Shown here: piece after piece, positions 13,937-24,525 of the stretch
How the letters are laid out: every line of letters starts with the position of its first letter
Numbering within the stretch: the stretch's first letter is position 1
NCBI GenBank assembly: GCA_043228905.1
Contig: JBHGNT010000003.1
Location: 4,464,001-4,528,000, forward strand
Source: Azolla caroliniana
Taxonomy: Eukaryota; Plantae; Polypodiophyta
Reading direction: 5' to 3'
Length of the DNA: 64,000 bases
Notes under the pieces: generated by a model
Database searches by the model: none
The model's input: only the letters and a program-made list of their open reading frames with translations
Told to the model about the DNA's origin: nothing
Translations under genes and position numbers: made by a program

Positions 13937-15832
13937 ATGGAGGCAAGAAGGTCAAAATTTAGAAGAATATGTGTCTTTTGTGGTAGTAGTAGTGGCAACA
14001 AACGAGTATTTAGTGACGCAACACTCGAGCTTAGCAAGGAAATGGTACCAACGTTTTAATTATTGTATAACCAAAGGTTGTTGCTTTGGGCATGCCTTTC
14101 TTTACATTCCTTAAGTTTTTCTTTCGTAGGTACATACCATGATCCATAAGTTTCAACAAATGTCTTGTACATCTTTAATCTATAAATTTATGCATGATGC
14201 AATTCCGCATTAGTTAATAAAGGCCAACAAACAAATTAAAACAGTAAAAATTTTGTAGATACAATATATACTTATAATTATGTGAATTGGCATACTAGCT
14301 AGTTTATGCAAGGCCATTGAGCTCTTATTAGGTGTGTCGTAGAAATGATATGAAAAGTATCGCTCTCAAGTGCTTCCCATTGATCGTCTAATGCTAACAA
14401 CCCTTGCAATACTCTACAAATAACCTCTACAAATTTTTGGGATTCTTTGCTTGTCCAAGAATGGAGATATGATAAAGTTTTTATTTGTTTTCTCAATAGA
14501 TAGATAGGAGAATCGGTTTGATCTATGGAGGTGGTAGCATTGGTCTTATGGGCCTAGTTTCTAAAACAATTTACGAGGGTGGTTGCCATGTAATTGGGTA
14601 AGTTATTGAAAAGTGAACCTTAATTAATTTTGCTAGCTATATGCTAACATAAAAATTAAAATGGTACATTTCATGCTTCTTTTACCTATATAGTATATAA
14701 CACTAGCAAATAAATTTTTTTCAATTGATGTGTTGCAGTGTCATTCCAAAAGCGCTCATGCCTCGTGAGGTGAGAAAAATCTTGTCAATGTTATTAATAT
14801 AGATGTATGCATTCTATGTTAATGTGTTTTCCACTTTGTGAAGTATTTTTGTTTGAGCTATTCACACAAATATATGTTTTGAACACTAGAATCAAAATAT
14901 TCAGAAAACACACTTACATATGAATGGGCAACGAATATATCCTTGTTATAAAGGAACTTGCAAATTATAAAAGTGTTGTAAAACTTCATATGGAAAATAT
15001 GGATGAAGAACATTATACTCCACTGCTATTATCCACTAGTAATATGTATTTAATAAACTTATGATCAAGTAAAAACTTAGTTTCTTGAAAGACCCATGGT
15101 ACAACTTGTTGATAAATCATATTGATACAAACTATTGTAAATTGTATATCGTATGTTGTGAAATTTGGAATATATGCTGATAACTTATAATTTGAATTGT
15201 AAAGATGTGTGGCCAAACCGTGGGTGAAGTTAGGGTTGTGTCCGATATGCATCAACGCAAAGCTGAAATGACACGTCAAGCCGATGCATTTATTGCGCTT
15301 CCAGGTAAAATCAATGACATCCATTAATAGAAAATCTAACATCAGTCAAACAAAAATCATGTAGAAAAACTCTAGAAGGGAGTATTGTGTATTTATGTAT
15401 AGGACAACTTTGCACATTTTTATATTCGAACTTTTTCTTCTACGAAAAATAATAAAAGTTATATGTATGAAAATATCTAGAGATATAGATGATAAATAAT
15501 CATTTATACAGAGTTAAATTCCCCTCTAGTACATACTTTTATGGATGAAAAAGCATGTACGGAATATAAACTTGAATGGGCTAACCATCATAGATGCTTG
15601 TTTAGATGGAAAAATGTTTAGATAATACGAATTCTTCAACGATAATTACAAGTGCTTGGATTTAAGTAGACATTCTAGTAGATGATTTTTAGTCAAACTT
15701 TATACTTCAATAACATGATATATATTCGCATTCCAATTCTTTACTTTACATTGAAATCTTATTTAATTTTGCTACAATTTGAGATTAGGTTTTTTATCTT
15801 TTAAAAACTCAAGATCATCACACAAAAATCTG

Positions 15833-15893
<61 letters not shown>

Positions 15894-16631
15894 GTAACCA
15901 CTACATGGATACAGGAGGTTATGGCACCCTAGAGGAATTACTTGAGGTAGCTACTTGGGCTCAACTTGGAATTCACAATAAACCGGTATTGATGATAATA
16001 TTTTAGTTAAATTATGAATAATTCATTGTCAAAGTTACTTCAAGGTAATATAAAATGTGTTTGAATCAGTCGTCTAAAAGGATTCCCTCTACCTCAAATA
16101 TGTACTCTTAAATATGCTCAATACGTGAGAATCAATGTATATTTAAAGGATATGTCGATTGCCAAATCTAAGAAAGTGTCACCTTTTTATTACTTTCAAC
16201 GTATGAAAGGAGAACTATGCAAAAGTATCGAGTGAGAGTGATTGGAGTTACTATGTATTAATCTTAAATCTTAAGCAGCTAATCTAGGAACACTATATCA
16301 TTACAGGTTGGGTTGCTGAATGTAGATGGATACTATAATCCATTGCTTGCCTTGATCGATAAGGGAGTAGAAGAAGGCTTCATTAACGTTGCCGCTAGGC
16401 GTATCCTAGTCTCAGCTAGTACAGCAAAGGAACTATTGCGGAAAATGGAGGTAAGGCCATTACACTTTTAACATTGAGTTGTTTGGAAGATAACCTTGAT
16501 GATATAAACTAAATTGTTGTTTTCGTATTTGTCAATATTAGGAATTTGTGCCTATGCAATATGATACAAGAGTTCCAAATTGGGATAGGCCACCACTTGC
16601 CACAACTACAGCCACTAATTATCGCCGATGA
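13937..16631 (+). CDS. LOG: Cytokinin riboside 5'-monophosphate phosphoribohydrolase (LONELY GUY family), 7 exons, 213 aa
   Basis: Exons 13937-14044, 14500-14597, 14739-14769, 15205-15304, 15915-15985, 16307-16450 and 16542-16631, all GT-AG, 642 nt in total and in frame. Motifs: [78 protein letters not shown]. An in-frame upstream ATG at 13910 would add 9 aa. Confidence 0.95.
15833..15890. repeat. (GT)n(GA)n microsatellite in LOG intron 4
   Basis: Directly visible, ending about 25 nt before the exon 5 acceptor. Confidence 0.95.
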
Positions 16632-16992
16632 TATCATGATTTGGATATATAAATATATATATAAGCAATCGAAGGCACTTAGAAGGGACATGATGTGTGC
16701 ATTAAATTAAAAATAACCTAGTAATATCTCATTCTAAAATCCATTCTAATGTGGAAAATAATGCCTAAAAAATACGCATATTCATACAAAGTTGTAAAAT
16801 GTATAAGTTTGAATCCAAATAGTGTTATAGTGGCATCTTATATTAGGTTGTAAACTTATTATCATAGGTCATTTTGACATTAACCAAACATTAATGCTAC
16901 ATTTAATTGGTTGTAACTATATCATAAATACATCATTTTCTTTCATACTCTCTCTCTCTCTCTCTCTTTGTGTCTTTTTTTCGTAAGTACTT

Positions 16993-17049
16993 TACCCTAG
17001 TGGTAAGTTCTTAACACTACAAGCACTGCATCGTGGGTTTGAAACCCAA
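16993..17049 (+). other. tRNA-derived Pol III promoter-like module (SINE-head-like)
   Basis: TACCCTAGTGGTAAGTT + 18 nt + GCATC + GTGGG TTTGAAA CCCAA. tRNA A/B-box spacing without an anticodon stem. Confidence 0.5.
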
Positions 17050-17089
17050 TCTCCTCAACCTCTTAATTCACTAGATGCCACTATGGAAT

Positions 17090-17154
17090 GTAGGGGTTGA
17101 ACCCATGATCACTTGGTCTCCATTGAGCAACCTTACCAACTGAGCTACATCCAT
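17090..17154 (-). other. tRNA-derived Pol III promoter-like module (SINE-head-like)
   Basis: Minus strand TAGCTCAGTTGGTAAGGT + 18 nt + TGATC + ATGGG TTCAACC CCTAC. Near-consensus A and B boxes. Confidence 0.6.
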
Positions 17155-17156
17155 CT

Positions 17157-17190
<34 letters not shown>

Positions 17191-17879
17191 CTAGAGCATG
17201 AACCTTAAGCAAGTGCCCATGTAATCAAGATGGTTGACGATATGTTACAAATCACAAAGATACAACATGGTGCCACACTCGAATACAAATGGGAAGCTTT
17301 TTAGAAAGTCATCCTCTCTTGCACAAACAAATGTTTTTCTACCAACCGCACATCTTAGAAATACACCAAGAAATGTAGTTCAAAGAAAAAATGGTTTGAT
17401 AAAGAATGTCATGAAGTTCAAAAGTAGCTTATGATTTTGGATGTAGTTAAGGATAAAGAAAATGATCAAAAACATTTGCATGAGTACAAAAGGCTTCTTC
17501 AAAGAAAGAGAAGAATAAGGGAAGTTACTCAATAATTTCACCAAACGCAAGAGAAAGCACATGCATGTGCTAAATTTTGGGGAAATCTAAAGGGGAAACG
17601 TTGTCACGAAGTTTCGCGCATGTGTGTTACTTGGGCGGGACCACGGGGGTCTTGGACTAGGGAGTACTCAAGGGATAGAGAAGACCCGAGGTTTGCTTTA
17701 CAACAATACTACTTCTTGACCCCTTCCCGAGCAAGGTCTCGTTGCCCTTTGTTTTGTGAGGCCAGTGGCTCTCGTTGATCACGACTCGTCGACCTTCCGA
17801 GATCACCGTACGAGCCAAGTGACCAAACGGGTACAAGCAAGATGAGCACGCAACATGAACGCACAAGGGGATGATAACA

Positions 17880-18510
17880 CAAACATGAATGTCTGTACGT
17901 CTTTATGAGGAGAAGAGGTGCATGGGTGCGCCCGAACGCTCCCTCGTCACAAGACGTCGAACGTACGAGGAAGACACAAAACACATGCACAAAATGCTCG
18001 TACGCCTTTATGAGAAGGAAAGGTGCATGGGCAAAAGCCCAAATGGTCCCCTCGTCACAAGACGGCCGAACGTACGAGGAAGACACAAACACACACACAA
18101 ATGCTCGTACGCCTTTATGAGGAGGAGAGGTGCATGGGCGTGCCCGAACGGTCCCCTCGTCACAAGACGGCCGAACGTACAAGGAAGACACAAACACACG
18201 CACAAATGCTCGTATGCCTTTATGAGGAGGAGAGGTGCATGGGCAAGCCCGAACGGTCCCCTCGTCACAAGACGGCCGAACGTACAAGGAAGACACAAAC
18301 ACACACACAAAATGCTCGTACGCCTTTATGAGGAGGAGAGGTGCATGGGCATGCCCGAACGGTCCCCTCGTCACAAGACGGCCGAACGTACAAGGAAGAC
18401 ACAAACACACATACAAATGCTCGTACGCCTTTATGAGGAGGAGAGGTGCATGGGCAAGCTCGAACGGTCCCCTCGTCACAAGACGACCGAACGTACAAGA
18501 ATGACACGAA
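17880..18510. repeat. ~108-bp tandem repeat (about 6 copies) inside LTR A; second array at about 29190-29810
   Basis: Unit AAATGCTCGTACGCCTTTATGAGGAGGAGAGGTGCATGGG...CCCCTCGTCACAAGACGGCCGAACGTACAAGGAAGACACAAACAC. Confidence 0.9.
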
Positions 18511-19160
18511 TAAAGAAAGAAGGAGAGAAAGAAACACGAATGATATTGACCAAAGAGGTAAATACGTGTTCGATTCTAACGCAAGAGGACCCTTTATAAA
18601 ATAGGGTTTGTTTACAATGGCAACTTATAGTTAACCACAAGCTCAATCAAAACATAAATATTAAATGCCCTTAGAGACAAGGCAAAACCGAACACGACGA
18701 AGATGAACACACGAGCACCACCAAAATGCCAATCCCAACGAACCACGACCACCCGAACGGCGAGCACACGGGCTCGCAACGACGAACGGGGCTCGCAACG
18801 TCGAACCAACGAAGCTTGGGCTCACGAGCACTTCGAGTGCCGACGCGAATAAGACGAGCACGTGGCGATGGGGGGATGAAGGGGTATGAGATGAAGAGAA
18901 GTGGTGAATAAGGAGATGAAGAGCTTCGAAGGAAAATTGGCGATAGTCTCCTCCTCCCAAAACTACCCCCTCAATGAGCCCCCCTCGACCTCCTTTTATA
19001 GGAAAAAAAGAAGGGGGGGTCGCCAAATTTGTCTTCAATGAAAAAGGAATAAAATTCCTTAAATCACGCTGCACTATAAGACTAGATTCAAACCATGCAC
19101 CTCTAGCTAGTAGTCAATGTGACTATCCACTAGCCCACTAACTCTCTCTTATAATATATA

Positions 19161-19998
19161 CCGGATGAGGAGTACCCGGCTACGGAGAGCCGGATGGTGC
19201 AGGCCCGGTATGAACCGGACGAGGAGTACCCGGCTACGGAGAGCCGGATGGTGCAGGCCCGGTATGAACCGGATGAGGAGTACCCGGCTACGGAGAGCCG
19301 GATGGTGCAAGCCCGGTATGAACCGGATGAGGAGTACCCAGCTACGGAGAGCCGGATGGTGCAAGCCCGGTATGAACCGGATGAGGAGTACCCGGCTACG
19401 GAGAGCCGGATGGTGCAGGCCCGGTATGAACCGGATGAGGAGTACCCGGCTACGGAGACCCGGATGGTGCAAGCCCGGTATGAACCGGATGAGGAGTACC
19501 CGGCTACGGAGAGTCGGATGGTGCAGGCCCGGTATGAACCGGATGAAGAGACATATTTGTGAATATGTTTCTGAGAGCCCATCGTGGCTATATTTGTAAA
19601 TAGCTGAAAAGTCATATTAGTATAAATATGACTTAGGGCAAACTAATATAATGTTGTTATTTTTCTTGTTGGTGCAAGAAGTAGAGACAGTACGTAACGT
19701 TGTACAGAGAGAGAGAAAGAAAGAGGTCGCTGCCTCTGTTGTAACCACCGCCTGTGGCGAAGATCGTGAGTCCGAGGTCGTTGCCTCCGTGAACTCACTG
19801 TTTTGTACATTCTTACATAGTGACAGTTTGCAGCCTCTGGGCTGCCGTGGTTTTTCCCCTAGTTTGGGGTTTTCCACGTAAACCTCCTGTGTATCTTCCT
19901 CTCCTGTGTGTCGTGTTTTTCGTTTCCTTTTTTCTGTGTATGAAAAGAATCTCGGTTGTGGCCGAGCGTTGCGCATAAGGAACGACAAGTTCCCGTCA
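19161..19998 (+). mobile_element. 5'-truncated LTR of the 54-bp-repeat family (copia-like)
   Basis: About 7 copies of a 54-bp unit, then CCGTGGTTTTTCCC...GGGTTTTCCACGT, ending CCCGTCA. Same family as 39364, 50944 and 52187. The 5' end is lost at a deletion junction with LTR A. Confidence 0.85.
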
Positions 19999-21256
19999 AG
20001 ATCCTCCACACTCGTTTCGTAGATCTCGGTAGCTCCGTCGAATTAACGAAGACTGACACGGCAAGCCGGGGTGACAAGCTGGTGGGGGCGAGGGGATGAC
20101 GGCAAGCGGAAGACTCAGGACCTGTTGCAGCAGCACGAAGACGGGAAGGGCCAAGCGGGCTACTACGGGGTGTTCCTCGGATGTAGAGGACACCGGTATG
20201 CGGGTGAGCAGCGATGCACGGTCTGGCCGGAAAGGGGGCCGACAAGGAGTGCAACACGGGTAGTGCCAAACAACGGACGAGGGTATGTGGCACACGGAGG
20301 TGCTGGAGCGGAAAGGCGAGCGCGGAGAAGGCCGGGAAGGGATCCTCCACACCGTTCCGGAGACCATGGCGGTTCGAGCCGATGCGGCAATGTAAGACCA
20401 TGGAGAAGGAAGGTGGTGGTGAGAGGGCGGTGGCCACGCGAAGCAACATGGGATGACAACCAGGACATCACGAAGGGTCAACGGAGGCCAAGCAGGCCAC
20501 TACGGGCATGCCTCAAGCGGAGGACATCGGGCATACGGCGGGAAGCGGGGCGTTCATACGGCCGAACAAGGGCCAACGGAAGAACGCGTACTACGGAGAT
20601 CGCGGCAGAGGACTCATCGACGGGTCGAATGAGCCTACAGGAAGGCGAGCGCGACGGAAGACTCGAAGCCGACGGATCAAACCGGCAGCAAGCCGAGATG
20701 CAGATCACGGAAGACCGGTTTCTCACCGGCCAAAATCTCTCACCCTTCAACCGGACTTGGCACATACTGGTGGATGTGCAGTTAGGTGGGGGCGGATGTC
20801 GTGAAGAATTTCGGCCAGAGGCGAAAACCGGGAAAGATTGGCTACATCGGCGGGGTGCAGTGTGTGTACGCATAAAGGCGCCCTCGAAAAATGTAGCATA
20901 ATGAATCGAGGGCGCCTTTATGGCGCCGAAGAGTAGTCAAGTCGGGACAGACGATCCCATGTAAGTCGGGATTTGTCCCGCATTGTAATGCCTCCCTTTC
21001 CTTGTTCTATAAAAGGAAGGGAACGCCCTTTGTAAAAGGGTTTCCCATTTTGCATTAGAGGATATACCGTTAGGTTTAGAGTTAGCTTCTTCTTCTTCTT
21101 CTTCTTCTTCTTCGTGTTCGCTTAGGGTTTGCTGCAGCTCATCTCCTGTGCAAGACCCCACTCGGCGCGACGAGCTGAGAGCTCCCCGACGGCGGCTTGC
21201 CAGCAAACGACTATTGTAACCTACCTCAGCCCGGCTCGAAGCCGGGAATGTATTCT

Positions 21257-21287
<31 letters not shown>

Positions 21288-21629
21288 CGTTTGTCTATGT
21301 ATATTCGCGTCGTTGTTGGCGTCGGGTGCTTACCCTCTCCTGCGTTTTCTGTACATAAGGCGTGGGTTGGGTTGGGCTGTGTGTGCGGGTGTGTGTGTGT
21401 GCGTGAGTCGGTGTTAATCTCTCTCTCTCCCTTCGGTTGCTTCCGGCGTGTCTCTGGGATGCCTCGGTAACGGTGAAGCACGACTTCCTACACTCCATCA
21501 CTCCCTAGTCCAAGACCCCCGTGGTCCCGCCTTTCTCCACGCACGCGCTGTCGTAGTGTAGGTTGCACACTATGTGGAAATTATATTTTTGTCCCTCCGG
21601 ATAGAGAATGGAGTGCTCGGTGAGAACCG

Positions 21630-21745
21630 GAAGGAAACGGCATACCGGCAAGGAGGAAAACGGCATACCGGCAAGGAGGAAAACGGCCGGCAAGGAGGAA
21701 AACGGCATACCGGCAAGGAAGAAAACGGCATACCGGCAAGGAAGA
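21630..21745 (+). repeat. 20-bp tandem repeat AGGAAAACGGCATACCGGCA (about 5 copies) in LTR B U3; also 28140-28260
   Basis: Directly visible. Confidence 0.9.
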
Positions 21746-21800
21746 GCCGGATAAAGAGACATAAATGTAAAAAGAAAGGAAATACTCACTACTGCGCAAG

Positions 21801-21857
21801 GCGTGATTCGAACTCTGCACCTCCACGTTGACAAACCCCAACCTTACCATTACATTA
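21801..21857 (-). promoter_or_regulatory. tRNA-like A-box/B-box module in LTR B U3 (copy at about 28318-28374)
   Basis: Minus strand TAATGTAATGGTAAGGT-18 nt-AGGTG-CAGAG-TTCGAAT-C, with a T-run about 30 nt downstream. Confidence 0.6.
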
Positions 21858-22397
21858 AATTATCTTAAGAGTTTTAAATATAGATTTAATATGTATAAGA
21901 CCTTTATTTATGCATACCTTTATTAAAAGGTAAATCGTGTATTTCTTTAATATATGAAAAAGAAAAAACACGAGACATTAAAAATAACTCATGCACATCT
22001 AGCGTACATGAGCCCTATACTTAGGAAATAAAAAAAGCATCACATGCACATTTAGTGTGCATGAACATATGAGAAAAAGCATGTAGCTATGCTTAGTCTC
22101 TCCCATCACTATATAAGGATGGGGAGCACATTGTAGTTGTTGTTGATTATTTGGATTAAGAATTAATCAATACAAAATTTATTCGTGGGATTCACGATTT
22201 ATACATCTACTTCTCTCTTAACACCCTAAGTACCAATTAATATAGTATACTCGTGTGATTCACGAGTTTCTTATCTTTCTCTTTGCTATTTACTCATAAT
22301 TAATCTCTATCTCACGAACTTCTTTCTCCTAGTCCAAGACCTCTGTGGTTCCCACCCGACTCACGCAACGATCCGGAGCCGAAAGGCACGACACAGT

Positions 22398-22414
22398 TGG
22401 TGAACCCGACGTGA
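22398..22414 (+). other. Primer binding site complementary to tRNA-Trp
   Basis: TGGTGAACCCGACGTGA lies 4 nt after the LTR and matches the plant tRNA-Trp 3' end ...UCACGUCGGGUUCACCA (sequence recalled, not looked up). Confidence 0.85.
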
Positions 22415-22431
22415 AGACGGGTGGCAAGGAG

Positions 22432-24471
22432 ATGGAGGCTCAACAAGCTAACAATATGATGGCGATGTTCGAACGGATGCTTCAAGAACAACGCACGATG
22501 TCGGAGATTTCGGCATCAGTAGAGCGGCTCGTGCAACGCAACGGGCAATTTAATGGTAAGGATGTGTCGCAATATTTGCAGGACTACAAGGCGGAGATGC
22601 TCCGGTGCCGGGCTTCGGAAGGACTGCAAGTGACATCCTTTAACCGGGTGGCGACCGACGGGCTTCAAGGGAGTATCCACGGGTTGCAACAACAAAATCC
22701 GACGTGGGAAGCATTCGAAGAGGCGTTAAAGACCACGTTTGCCATCGAGGACTCCTCCAAGGCAACGCGGAGGGGATTCGAGGATTGGGTGGAAACGTCA
22801 GGTAAGGGGCTGAAGGTCCTCGAAGTATTTTCGACATTCGAAAGTCGGTTCAGGAGGTTGTCCGCGAGAGATCAAACTATTCTTGCACCGGACAAAGTCA
22901 TCATGTTTTTGCGAGCTGTGGACGTCCGGGACCGGAAAGATCTCGGAGTGCTTCTTGAGGACACGGCCACTGAAAGCGGCCTCACCGAAACATGGGAAAG
23001 CGTGCGGGATATCGTCGCGCGGTACACGAAGAGGGGGCAATGGCTTGCCAACGAAGAAAAGAGGGTTTCGGAACCGATTCCGAAACCGAGAACGGGACTG
23101 GAAGACCATCAACCGAGGGCTCGGGAGATTACGGCCGAGAAGGGAGTCGACGCGTCTACGGTGGAGCAGCTGCTGAAGGAGATGGAGAATCTAAAGATCG
23201 CGATGGTGAAGAAGTCGGATGACCGCCCCACAAGCTCCAAATATACGGATCGACGGTGCATATGGTGCGATAGCGCCAAACACGATCGGAGGGATTGCGA
23301 CGACCATAAGGAGGCGCTACGACGGGATCTCATCTACTACGAGGGAAACCGGATTCATTCGATGGACTCTCGGAAGCCACTCCGACCGAACTTCCGGAAA
23401 GGCGGCATGAAGAAGGTGCTCGAGGAGGAGTTAGCGGCAAGAAGCAACTATGCGACAACCGCGGGAATATGTGTCGGGGAGTCATCGGGAGCGAAAGCGT
23501 CTTTCTGGCCGGAGGTGCTAGGAAACACCGAGAAAACCGACTCCAACGATATCCGAAACACCGCGGAAGGCGTCCGGGAAGCTACGGGATGGGAGTGCCC
23601 TGTCGACAAGAATAGCATATACGCCCTGTGTCAATTACATGAGGTGTATGTGGACGAGAAACGACGGCGCACGGAGGATGCGGCCGGACCATCGAAGATA
23701 CCGGAAAGCTGGAACTCCGGAGGTAAGGGAAAAGAAAAGGCGACTCCGGCATTCAAGCTCGCCTCGGACATAGAACAACAAACCGACTTGAAAAGAGTGT
23801 TCGAGGAAAGAATCTTGGATAGCCGGGTAGATTTTTCGCTGCGGGAACTACTCGGAATAGCGAAGAAGGAGTTTCACGATCTTCTTGTGGATCTCGTAAA
23901 AAGGAAGAGACAAAGTACGGAGGAAAATGCTCCAAGGGTGAATGCAAATACCGTTTCAATGAACGACACCGAAGTGGAAGGCGAAATTCCGAACTCCCAC
24001 TATACAAGGCCACACTGGGCACGTGCGACTACGGAGACTCCGGTCCGAATCGGCAACATCAAAGAACCCGTGCTAGCATTGATTGATCACGGATCGGAGA
24101 TCAACTTGATGTCCAAGGAGTTCTACCGAAAGGGGAAGTGGCCTATAAACACCAACCATGGATGGAAGATTCGGGCAGCCACGAAAACGACAGAAGACCT
24201 ATTTGCGGCTTGTCCGGATGTGACGGTAAAGATCGGGGATGTAGAAATTGACCAAAATTTCTTTGTGCAGGATGAGGTTTCACATTCTGTCATCCTCGGC
24301 CAACCCTTTATCACGGCTTCACGGATGGAGACGAAGGTGCTCGATAGTGGTGCGGCTTTTGCGCGAATTCGGAGCCAAAACGGAGGGAAATCCGTCCAAT
24401 TCCTAACGGTGCCGGCAAATCACGAAAGGAACAAGAGGGAACTCTTGTCCCAAGTGAGAATGGATTTTTAA
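22432..24471 (+). CDS. gag: Gag-protease polyprotein of element B
   Basis: Open frame with zinc knuckle CIWCDSAKHDRRDC and aspartic protease LIDHGSEINLM...ILGQPF. ATG at 22432 just after the PBS. Confidence 0.9.
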   Translation: MEAQQANNMMAMFERMLQEQRTMSEISASVERLVQRNGQFNGKDVSQYLQDYKAEMLRCRASEGLQVTSFNRVATDGLQGSIHGLQQQNPTWEAFEEALKTTFAIEDSSKATRRGFEDWVETSGKGLKVLEVFSTFESRFRRLSARDQTILAPDKVIMFLRAVDVRDRKDLGVLLEDTATESGLTETWESVRDIVARYTKRGQWLANEEKRVSEPIPKPRTGLEDHQPRAREITAEKGVDASTVEQLLKEMENLKIAMVKKSDDRPTSSKYTDRRCIWCDSAKHDRRDCDDHKEALRRDLIYYEGNRIHSMDSRKPLRPNFRKGGMKKVLEEELAARSNYATTAGICVGESSGAKASFWPEVLGNTEKTDSNDIRNTAEGVREATGWECPVDKNSIYALCQLHEVYVDEKRRRTEDAAGPSKIPESWNSGGKGKEKATPAFKLASDIEQQTDLKRVFEERILDSRVDFSLRELLGIAKKEFHDLLVDLVKRKRQSTEENAPRVNANTVSMNDTEVEGEIPNSHYTRPHWARATTETPVRIGNIKEPVLALIDHGSEINLMSKEFYRKGKWPINTNHGWKIRAATKTTEDLFAACPDVTVKIGDVEIDQNFFVQDEVSHSVILGQPFITASRMETKVLDSGAAFARIRSQNGGKSVQFLTVPANHERNKRELLSQVRMDF

Positions 24472-24525
24472 AGCGGACTGTTGCGGAGTGGGGAAGTGAT
24501 AGTCCGAGAAGCCCTGATACCCCAC
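24462..24525 (+). promoter_or_regulatory. Predicted -1 ribosomal frameshift signal (slippery GGATTTT + H-type pseudoknot)
   Basis: G_GAT_TTT_TAA ends gag-PR, and the -1 frame is open from here into RT. Stem1 is 24474-24484/24496-24506; stem2 is GTGGGG 24488-24493 / CCCCAC 24520-24525. Confidence 0.75.

Noticed and set aside
17880-18510. CRISPR-like appearance of the 108-bp, 54-bp and 20-bp arrays
   Set aside because: The units are wholly repeated with no unique spacers, there are no cas genes, and the context is eukaryotic LTRs.
19161-19550. Hammerhead ribozyme (retrozyme) in the 54-bp repeat
   Set aside because: It has CGGATGAG rather than CTGANGA and no correctly placed GAAA/NUH core in the repeat unit.
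19130-19615. Repetitive ORFs (MVQARYEPDEEYPATESR)n and equivalents at 39.8k, 51.4k and 52.6k
   Set aside because: Artefact of a stop-free 54-bp (18-codon) tandem repeat inside TSD-bounded LTRs; open in several frames on both strands.
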